Below are positions 31,374 through 41,200 of a stretch of 53,453 nt of DNA, in pieces. This DNA comes from Bacteroidales bacterium. GTDB lineage: Bacteria > Bacteroidota > Bacteroidia > Bacteroidales > UBA7960. The notes beneath the pieces were generated by a model. That model did no database searches. It had not been told where the DNA came from and saw nothing but the letters and a program-made list of their open reading frames with translations. Numbering within the stretch: the first letter of the stretch is position 1; each line of letters opens with the position of its first letter. The DNA lies in the NCBI GenBank assembly GCA_003559475.1, contig PWLF01000193.1, positions 1 through 53,453 on the forward strand, given 5' to 3'. Position numbers and translations under genes: made by a program.

Positions 31374-32384
31374 TTATTCTTTAAGTTTTTCAACTACTTT
31401 ATTCTCAATTTCTTCGAGCAATTCGGGATTATCATTAAGCATTTGTTTGACCGCATCTCTTCCTTGCCCAAGTTTTGTGTTTCCGTAGCTGAACCATGAA
31501 CCACTTTTTTTGACAATATCTTTGTCAGTAGCAATATCCAGCACTTCTCCGGTTTTAGATATTCCTTCTCCGTAAATGATATCAAATTCGGCTTGGCGGA
31601 ACGGAGGGGCAACTTTATTTTTCACTACTTTAACTCTAGCTCTGTTACCAACAACAACGTCGCCGTCTTTTATCTGGCTTAATCTTCTGATATCTAACCT
31701 AACAGATGAGTAGAATTTAAGAGCATTTCCACCTGTTGTGGTTTCAGGATTTCCAAACATTACGCCAATTTTTTCTCTAAGCTGATTAATAAATATGCAA
31801 CAACTATTGGTTTTGTTAACAGTTCCCGCAAGCTTTCGTAATGCTTGCGACATTAATCTTGCTTGCAACCCCATTTTTGAGTCACCCATATCACCTTCTA
31901 TCTCACTTCTGGGAGTTAGGGCTGCAACAGAATCAATTACAATAATATCAATAGCGCCTGAACGTATAAGGTTTTCAGTAATTTCCAGTGCTTGCTCACC
32001 ATTGTCGGGTTGACTTACCAAAAGGTTCTCAATATCAACTCCAAGCTTAGCAGCATAAGAACTATCAAAAGCATGTTCGGCATCAATAAATGCAGCAATA
32101 CCTCCCTTTTTTTGAGCTTCTGCTATAGCATGAATAGCTAGAGTTGTTTTTCCGGATGATTCAGGTCCGTATATCTCTATTACCCTGCCACGAGGGAAAC
32201 CACCCGTCCCAAGTGCATGATCAAGTGCAATTGAACCCGAAGGTATGCTCTCAACAGAAACAACAGCCGAATCCCCTAACTTCATTATAGAACCCTTACC
32301 ATAAGATTTTTCTATCTTATCCAGAGTCATCTTAAGTGCTTTTTGCTTTTCTGAATTTTCGTTTTTTGACTTTTCTTTACTCAT
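31374..32384 (-). CDS. recA: Recombinase RecA
   Basis: [53 protein letters not shown]. Confidence 0.99.
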   Translation of the reverse strand: MSKEKSKNENSEKQKALKMTLDKIEKSYGKGSIMKLGDSAVVSVESIPSGSIALDHALGTGGFPRGRVIEIYGPESSGKTTLAIHAIAEAQKKGGIAAFIDAEHAFDSSYAAKLGVDIENLLVSQPDNGEQALEITENLIRSGAIDIIVIDSVAALTPRSEIEGDMGDSKMGLQARLMSQALRKLAGTVNKTNSCCIFINQLREKIGVMFGNPETTTGGNALKFYSSVRLDIRRLSQIKDGDVVVGNRARVKVVKNKVAPPFRQAEFDIIYGEGISKTGEVLDIATDKDIVKKSGSWFSYGNTKLGQGRDAVKQMLNDNPELLEEIENKVVEKLKE

Positions 32385-32460
32385 AAAATATTTATAAAAG
32401 GTTAGACAATAAGGTTAATTAGTGTTTGATTTTTTATTTAAAAATGTTTAGATAATTATG

Positions 32461-32468
32461 CAAATATA
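32461..32468 (-). promoter_or_regulatory. Putative -7 promoter element for recA
   Basis: The minus strand reads TATATTTG(CA), 76 nt upstream of the ATG. Confidence 0.5.
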
Positions 32469-32515
32469 CATTAAAATATCCAAAATTTAATTTTTTTTTC
32501 AACGTTAGCAACATT

Positions 32516-32621
32516 CCACGCAAAGCACGCAAAATTATAAACACGGGAAGTTCATAAAGGAAGATAAAAATTAAGAACTTTGCGACCTTTAATATCTAAT
32601 CCCATCATTTTTTTGCGTGAA
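32516..32621. repeat. Degenerate palindromic intergenic element (CACGCAAAG-type)
   Basis: CACGCAAAGCACGCAAA on the left; CTTTGCG and TTTGCGTGAA on the right. Confidence 0.55.
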
Positions 32622-32679
32622 TTTTCTTTCTTATTATCCTGATTTAGCAATATTTCAAAATAATTTATAATACTTATTT

Positions 32680-33378
32680 TTATACTGAAAAATAATCCTC
32701 TATCTCTTTCAAATTTGCTTGAGTATTTCTAATATCTTTTATAATTAAACCCTTTTCCAGTAAAACGATACGTGAACATATAGATGCTATATGATGAAGA
32801 TTATGGCTTGAAATTATTATTGTTGTCTTTCTCTCTTCGTTTATTTTTTTTAAAATGCTATTTATTCTTATTTGTGATGTTGGATCAAGAAAGTTAAAGG
32901 GTTCATCTAAAATTAATAACTCAGGCTCTGTTATTAAAGCGGCAATTATCCCGGTTTTTTGCTTATTTCCGGTTGATAACTGACGAATATATTTTTTCTG
33001 ATTTAAAATTTCATTATTCATTAAAGGCTCGAGGGTTTTTAATCTTTCATCTATCTCTGACCTGCTTATTCCATAAACTTCACCGGTAAAATAAAAATAT
33101 TCTTCAGGCGTCATAAAATCTATTAAAAAACCTTCATCAAGATAGCTGCCGGTATGTGATTTCAAGTTTTGAGTGTTTTTTACGTTTTCATTATTTATTA
33201 AAACTTTTCCGTTTGTTGGCTCTAATAAGTCTAAAACTATTCTCAAGAGAGTTGTTTTTCCTGCTCCATTGTTTCCGACAATACCAACAAGTTCCCCTTT
33301 TGATATTTGAAGATTGGTAATATCTAAAGCTTTATTATTGCCATAATATTTTTGAAGTTGTTCAGCTGATATATTCAT
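32680..33378 (-). CDS. ABC transporter ATP-binding protein
   Basis: GNNGAGKTT, LSTGNKQK, LDEPFNFLDP. Confidence 0.92.
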   Translation of the reverse strand: MNISAEQLQKYYGNNKALDITNLQISKGELVGIVGNNGAGKTTLLRIVLDLLEPTNGKVLINNENVKNTQNLKSHTGSYLDEGFLIDFMTPEEYFYFTGEVYGISRSEIDERLKTLEPLMNNEILNQKKYIRQLSTGNKQKTGIIAALITEPELLILDEPFNFLDPTSQIRINSILKKINEERKTTIIISSHNLHHIASICSRIVLLEKGLIIKDIRNTQANLKEIEDYFSV

Positions 33379-33395
33379 ATTTTTTAAATTAAAAA

Positions 33396-34883
33396 TTAAT
33401 TTTCTCTGAATTTTTGCAATTTAATATATTTCTTCCCAAGAAAATAATTAACCGCTTTTTTTATCCAATAAGGATGTGTTATCCAAAATATAATTCCTGT
33501 AAATATTAAAGTATAATATACTCCATAATCCGTATTAATGATATGTCCGATTACTAAAAATGGTATTATTGAGCACATAATAACAAATATCATTAAAAAT
33601 TGTATGCCACTGATTCCTTCAAAATTCATAAACGCCTTTTGATTTGGGTTTATGCGTGTAGAGTGGCTTATGCCTGCAAATAACATTATGCAAAAAGCAG
33701 CTCCTATAGTGTATGTCATAATCGAGAAATAAACTAAAACGTAAAAAGGGTTTATGTAATATAAAAACGGTAATAAGATCAGAAACTGTATTAAAGCAAT
33801 GCAGCTGTAAAAATAGTATTTGGCTTTAAAAAAATCTTTAAAGTTGATATTTTTTGAAGCTATATAGTCAAAATAGCGACTTTCCCAGGAGAGAAAAAAC
33901 TGAAGATGAAAAAAACCGTAAGAACCGGCAAACAACATTAAAAATACAAGCATGTTTGATATTGTTTCAGCAGGATACCACCAAAAAAAGAATAATAATA
34001 CAGGAAGCATTATCGGAAACTGGTAAAAATTATTTTTTGACCTTTTGTTGCGTGTGATTAGCTTCCATTCTAAATCCCAAAATTTACCATAAACAGGTAT
34101 TTTGCTGAAAAAACCACCCATAAAAGTTGATCCTGCAAGTAATGTGCTCTTAGATTCGCTGTCTTCAAATAAAAAATAAAACCCTCTTTTAAGATTATAT
34201 TTTGATAAAACTTGCAAACAAATAATTGAAATAATAAAAATTGCGAAAGTCAGTTTTGAGCCGCTCATAAAGCTATTCCCCAGAAGCAGGGAGATGTTAA
34301 ATAATTGCTCGTAATGAAAATAGCCGATAATTGCTAAAACTAAAGCGATGATCATTAAAGCTGTTCTGATTATGTTATTTTTTATTGAAATGGTTTTTAG
34401 CACTATTATCAATGAATGATTTAGTCCTGATAAAACTATTATGCCGGCAATTGAGTATAAAAATGCTTCACCGGAAACGTTAAAAGCTATTGTGTAATAG
34501 AAAAAAGGGATAAAAAATACAAGCAGATAAATATTAAAAATATTAAACCATGCTCTAATGATGAAAAAGTTAGCTATACTGTTTTTAGAAATCGGATAAT
34601 GAAAATAAGGTAAAATATTCTGAGCGGGGATTTTTTGCATGAACCACCTTGTGATAAGGTCACCAAACATGATAAAAATCAATACTTTAAAAACTAATTC
34701 GTGGATTTTTTCTCCGGGAAAAAAGTCATGTAATAAATGCGGAAGAAGCATACCCGCCAACATTATATAAATAAGGAAAAAAAGTATGGCAAACCCGATA
34801 ATTATATTTACCGTAAGGTTCTTTTCAAAAAAATGAGCCCTGCGATATGCCAATAATGTATGTTTGAAAAATTTGAAAAACAT
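33396..34883 (-). CDS. ABC-2-type permease (DUF5687-like)
   Basis: About 12 TM segments; LEWKLITRNKR and WESRYFD; upstream of the cognate ATPase. Confidence 0.8.
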   Translation of the reverse strand: MFFKFFKHTLLAYRRAHFFEKNLTVNIIIGFAILFFLIYIMLAGMLLPHLLHDFFPGEKIHELVFKVLIFIMFGDLITRWFMQKIPAQNILPYFHYPISKNSIANFFIIRAWFNIFNIYLLVFFIPFFYYTIAFNVSGEAFLYSIAGIIVLSGLNHSLIIVLKTISIKNNIIRTALMIIALVLAIIGYFHYEQLFNISLLLGNSFMSGSKLTFAIFIISIICLQVLSKYNLKRGFYFLFEDSESKSTLLAGSTFMGGFFSKIPVYGKFWDLEWKLITRNKRSKNNFYQFPIMLPVLLFFFWWYPAETISNMLVFLMLFAGSYGFFHLQFFLSWESRYFDYIASKNINFKDFFKAKYYFYSCIALIQFLILLPFLYYINPFYVLVYFSIMTYTIGAAFCIMLFAGISHSTRINPNQKAFMNFEGISGIQFLMIFVIMCSIIPFLVIGHIINTDYGVYYTLIFTGIIFWITHPYWIKKAVNYFLGKKYIKLQKFREN

Positions 34884-34911
34884 TTACCCTGTCATTTTTG
34901 TTATAAAAAAA

Positions 34912-34919
34912 CAAAATTA
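34912..34919 (-). promoter_or_regulatory. Putative -7 promoter element for the permease operon
   Basis: The minus strand reads TAATTTTG, 28 nt upstream of the ATG. Confidence 0.4.
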
Positions 34920-35248
34920 ATTTTTTATTTTTAAATTTTACTTAATTATTGTAGTGTTAAGTTTAATAATTTCACCTAAAAGGTTCTATATTTAATAAGT
35001 TTGCAAATTTATATATTTTTAATCAGTCGATTACAATTTCAACTGTGACTAAAAAACAGTTCAAAATATAATATTAAATCTATGTTTTTTTTGTTTATAT
35101 AGATAATTTTTTAATATATTTGTAAACAAAAAGCATGTATTTATATAGAAAAATTATATTTTTGTAAATAAACAAAATTGATTTTTGTTATTTTTATATA
35201 ATTAATAGCATTTTTATCTATATACATTTATTTTTTTCAACATTTGGT

Positions 35249-38200
35249 ATGCGATTATTTAAAAGTAAGCAAAAAAAATTTATTTTGGTTTTTTTTATAA
35301 AAGCTTTACTACTACTTTATAATACAGTTATATCCTCGCCTCCCCCACCTAATGTTGTAGAACAGACTATTCAGGTTTTTTGTGGAGAAAATGCTGAGTT
35401 TGAAATAGACAACCAGGACCCTGATTATATTTATTTTTGGTTTTCTGATTCCGAAGGAGAAGAACAGGTAGGATTAGGTGAAATTTTTGAAACTTCGGTT
35501 TTAACTTCAAATACAAGCTATTGGGTTGGAGCTGCTGAAGGAGAGATAATATCTGAAGAATTTACATTTACCAATTGTGATGCTACCGGTCGTTTTGGGC
35601 CTGATCAAAGTGCTGTAGATTCAGAATACAATGGGACTAATTTGGAAGGAGATGTTACGGTTATTGGAGATGGAATACAGGAATGGATTGTTCCAAAAAC
35701 AGCTACATATACTATTACTACTTATGGAGCAGGTGCAGGATATATAAACGAACAAAAAGGAGCAAAAATATCCGGCGAATTTGAATTAGAAGAGGGGGAT
35801 ACTTTAAGAATTTTAGTTGGACAAGTTGGCTTAGGAGGTGATACTGATGATGACGGTCGCTTTTGTGGTTCTGGGATGACAGCTGTTGCTAAATATCAAG
35901 AGAACGATGATGACATTCCTTTAATAGTAGCAGGAGGAGCCGGTGGAGTATCAGACGGAAGTATATCATCCCCTGTACAATCTTTTGGTATAGCAACAGA
36001 AACAGCAAATAGTGGAACTTCAGGAGGAAATCCTGATAATTCGGAAGGAACAGATGGTAATGCAGGTAGAAGCGGAAGTACAGGTACATGGGCACATCCG
36101 GGTTCAGGATTTTATGAGTCGGAAACAGTTGGTACTGATGGGGATAGATCTCAGTCATTTATTGATGGTGGTGTAGGTGCTTCCGGAGATAATAATGCCG
36201 AAGGAGGTTTTGGAGGAGGAGGAGTTGGAAGACATAATCAAAGAATAGGAGGAGGTGGCGGTTATTCCGGCGGTGGCTCGGGTGGAAACTCAAATAATGA
36301 TGTTGGAGGAGGTGGGGGCTCCTATAATTCAGGAAAAAATCAAACTAATAAATCGGGATACCATCAAGGAAATGGTTTAGTTGTTATTTCTTTAGAAGTT
36401 CCGGAAGTTGGAGAATTAAGTGATTTAACTCAAGTAGATGTGGAAATTGAAGAATTAAGTATTCCGGATGTTTCTGAATTAAACCCTGATATTTACTGTG
36501 GGACGTCAATAACTTTATCCGCCTCAGGAAGTTCTTCCAACTATGTATGGTATAACGATGAAGATGATATAGTTGGCACAGGAGAAAATTTTACTACTCC
36601 AAGTCTAACCGAAAATACTACTTATTATGTCGAAGCAGTTGATACTGAACCGGAAAATGTGGTTTTAGAGTTTACCAATTGTAAAGCAACAGGCAGAACA
36701 GGTCCTTCTCAAGCAGACTGTGATTTTGAATATTTGGGAACAAATCTTGAAGGAAAGGTTAATATAACCGGTTATGGAATTCAACAGTGGGTTGTTCCTT
36801 ATACTGCAACATATACTATTGAAGCTTATGGGGCTCAGGGAGGGTCCGGAATAAGAGGAGGTATTGGTGGAAAAGGAGCAAAAATGTCCGGCGAGTTTGA
36901 ACTTGAAAAAGGGCAAAAATTAGATATTTTAGTTGGTCAACAAGGTCGAGGGGGGTATTCAAATCAAGTAGGTGGTGGCGGTGGTACTTTTGTAGTTATG
37001 AGTAATGCTATTTATGAGGAAGATATTTTAATAATTGCCGGTGGTGGTGGGGGTTATGGTGTAGGAACAACTACTGTTAATCAGGATAAAGCGTATGGTT
37101 CGGTTGATGTCAATGCAAAAGATGGGGTTGGCGGAGAGTCCTGGGGTGCGGGAGGTGTTGATGGAAATGGTGGAGATGCTGCAGACTCAAGAGGTTCCGG
37201 TGGAGGAGGGTTTTTTAGTGATGGAGAAGATGGCTCCGGAAACGGTGGGAGGGGTGTTTCTTATATAAAAGGAGGACTAGGAGGGCATGGTAATACTGTT
37301 GATGGTGGATTTGGTGGTGGTGGAGCTACAGATGAAAATACCGGATGGGGTGCAGCTAGTGGTGGTGGTGGTTATACCGGTGGTGGTGGTGGATACTCTG
37401 ATAGTGAAGATGATGAAGCTGCCGGAGGAGGAGGTGGTTCATTTAACTCAGGAATAAATCAAAATAATGAAGAAGGTGTTAAAACCGGTCATGGATTAGT
37501 AGTTATATCTTACTCTGTTGAACCTCAATGTGCTTCAGATAGAGCCCCAATAAATATAACAGTAGAAGAAATAGATACACCGGAAATAGTTGACCCAAAT
37601 CCCATTATATCTTGTGGAGGTAAAGCCACATTATCTGCATCAGGTAGTACAGGAGAATATGTATGGTATAACGATGAAGATGAAATTGTCGGTATAGGAG
37701 AAAACTTTACTACTTCAATCCTGACAGAAAATACAACTTATTATGTTGCGGCTGTTAATAGCGAACCTGCGAATAGTATTTGGCGATTTACAAATTGTAG
37801 AAAAGAAGGAAGATTAGGTCCTACTCAAGAAGATGCAGATAATGAATATGAAGGAACTAACCTAGAGGGAGAAGTCACAATAATTGGTGATGGCATTCAA
37901 CAATGGACTGTTCCCAAAACAGCTACTTACACAATTGAAGCTTATGGTGCACAAGGAGGTGCAGGGACGAGAGGTGGTATTGGAGGTAAAGGAGCAAAAA
38001 TGTCAGGTGATTTTGAACTTCAAGAAGGCGAAGTTATTGAAATCCTTGTTGGTCAACAAGGTGACGGTGGATATTCTCAAGAAATAGCAGGAGGTGGTGG
38101 TTCTTTTGTAGTAATGGGAAATGCCAGTAATAAGTCAGATATTTTGATTATAGCAGGTGGTGGAGGTGGTTATGGTGTTGGAACAACTACTATTCATCAG

Positions 38201-41200
38201 GATGTAGCACATGCGACAATAAATGATAATGCAAAAAACGGAATTGGAGGTACCTCTTTGGGTATAGGAGGAGTTGATGGAGCCGGCGGCGGAGATGCTG
38301 AATCTAGAGGTTCAGGAGGTGGTGGATTTATAAGTGATGGTGCTGACGGTTCAGGAAATGGTGGTGGCGGTAAATCATTTTTAAATGGCGGACAAGGAGG
38401 AGTGGGTAACACTGTTGATGGTGGATTTGGTGGTGGTGGAGCTACAGATGAAAATACCGGATGGGGTGCTGCAAGTGGTGGCGGTGGTTATTCAGGAGGT
38501 GGTGGAGGATACTCTGATAGTGATGATAATGAAGCAGCCGGAGGTGGAGGTAGCTCATATAACTCTGGTGCTAATCAAAATAATCAAGCCGGTGTTAGAG
38601 AAGGGCATGGATTGGTTATTATATCCTCAATAGTTGAAAAAAAATGTGCTTCTGATAAAGTCCCCATAAATATTACAGTAGAAGAACTAATCTCTCCGGA
38701 TGTTACAGAATCAGATCCCATTATTTCTTGTGGTTCATCCATAACACTAAACGCTTCAGGAAGCACAAATAATTATGTATGGTTTAATGAGAATGATGAA
38801 ATAATAGGTTATGGTAATAGCTTTACTACTCCCAGACTTAAAAATGACACAATATATAAGGTTGCTGCTATTGATTTTCAAACTGAAGTAATAGAATATG
38901 AATTTACAAATTGTGGAGTAGAAGGTAGATTTGGTCCTTTTCAATCAAATGTTAATTCTGAGTATTCAGGAACAAACCTTGAAGGAAATGTGACCGTGGT
39001 TGGATACGGAATTCAGAAGTGGGAAGTTCCTTATTCAGCAACATACAATATTCAAGCTTATGGTGCACAAGGAGGTGTTGGCCCTAGAAGTGGAATAGGA
39101 GGTAAAGGAGCAAAAATATCAGGTTATTTTGATCTTGAAAAAGGTGATGTATTAGAAATCTTAGTTGGTCAAAAAGGAGGTGGTAGTGATATTGATACAT
39201 TAGAAATTGGCGGTGGAGGAGGATCTTTTGTAGTAATGGAAAATGCCAGCTCAGAAGCCGATATTTTAATTATAGCCGGAGGAGGTGGTGGTTATGGTGT
39301 AGGAACATCTACTAATCAACAAAATATAGCTCATGCTACAACAGAAAACAATGCAAAAGATGGTTTTGGCGGTAATTCATGGGGTACGGGAGGAGTTGAT
39401 GGAAGTGGTGGAAATGCTGCAAATTCAAGAGGTTCAGGAGGTGGAGGATTTTTTACTGATGGTGAAGATGGCTCGGGAAATGGAGGTAGAGGAAGATCTT
39501 ATCTAAATGGTGGTGTTGGCGGAAGAGGATATAGTCTAGATGGCGGCTTTGGTGGAGGAGGAGCTACAGATGAAGCTACATCATCCTTTGGTGCTGCCGG
39601 CGGTGGTGGCGGATACTCCGGTGGAGGTGGAGGATATTCTTCTAGTAGTTCTAACGAAGCTGCAGGAGGAGGAGGAGGTTCTTTTAACTCAGGTTTTAAT
39701 CAAAATAATGAAGAAGCATACATTGAAGATAGACATGGACGAGTTATCATATCTTATGAGAGAGAATTTTTATGCTTATCAGAAAAGGTGTCGATTAATA
39801 TCACTATTGATGATATGGAAAGCCCAAATATAAACGAAACAAACCCTGCTATCTCATGTGGAGGAATTACTACTTTAACTGCCTCGGGAAGTACAGGATA
39901 TTATCTGTGGTATGATGAAGTAAACGAAATAGTTGGGACAGAAGACAGTTTTAATACTCCTGTTCTTACAGAAAATACAGATTATCAGCTTGAAGCTATT
40001 GATATTGAAAGTGAAGAGATAGAGTATGTATTCACAAATTGCGGAGTTGAAGGAAGAACAGGTCCTTCTCAATTAGACTGTGATACTGAATATTCAGGGA
40101 CAAATATTGAATCAGAAGTTACAATAAATAGTGATGGCATTCAGGAATGGGAAATACCCGAAACAGGAGTATATACTTTTACTGCATACGGTGCAAGAGG
40201 TGGAGGAAAAGATATAAATGTGGGAAGGCATGGTTATGGAGCAATTATACAAGCTGATTTTGAATTAAATAAAGGAGATGAAATACTGATTTTAGTTGGA
40301 CAAAAAGGTTCTGATTATTCAGATGAAAATGGTAATGCAGGTGGTGGAGGAACTTTTATAGTAAAAGTTGACCCACAAGGAGATTATTTTATGGATGATA
40401 ATAGTTACTTGGGTTTAAAAGTTACACCATTGTTAGTTGCCGGAGGAGGTGGCGGAGCATTTAATGATAATCCTATTGCTGATAACGATGGTCAAACAGA
40501 TAGTTATAGTGAATATCTCGGAGAGTGGACTGATCAAGGTGGATTTCATTGGGGAGCTACAGGTTCCGGGGAAGGTGCCGGAGGTGGATTTTCCGGAACC
40601 GGCGAAGAAGATGGCTCTGAACCCACAGGAGGAGGGAGTTTCTTAAATGGATATAAAGGAGACAGAAATTACGGAATTGGTGGATATTATCTGGAAGAGT
40701 CTTCAGATTATGGAGGTTTTGGCGGTGGTGGCGGTTATGGTATATTTAATTACGGATCAGGAGGAGGAGGATTCAGAGGTGGTGATTTTTGTCCATACAA
40801 TAGTAACACATGTAAGAGTGGTGGAGGAAGTTATATTCATAAAAGTGCAATATCAGCCGCTACTTCAGACGGTAATTTTAATACTACTAATTCCGACGGC
40901 TTTGATGTCTATGATGGTCCTGTTGATAACTTGAATGAATATAATGAAGATGATCATGGAATGGTTATAGTAACTTATGCTATAGAACCTATATGTTTCT
41001 CTGATAGAGATTTCGTAACGGTAGAAGTAGAATTTGACTACTATCAAACACTATCTTCCGGAGATTGGGATAATGAAAGTACATGGGAGGAGTGTTGTAT
41101 GACAACATGCAACCCGGCTGAGTCATCTCCCTTATCTTTATTTGACAGAGATATCTCTATAAGAGACGGGCATGTGATTGATATTGATGGCGATTGGACA

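Noticed and set aside
616-32384. Dedicated DNA-repair or defence island (ruvX, mutS, uvrA, exonuclease, recA)
   Set aside because: The genes are dispersed among unrelated housekeeping genes in different operons, with no defence-system signature.
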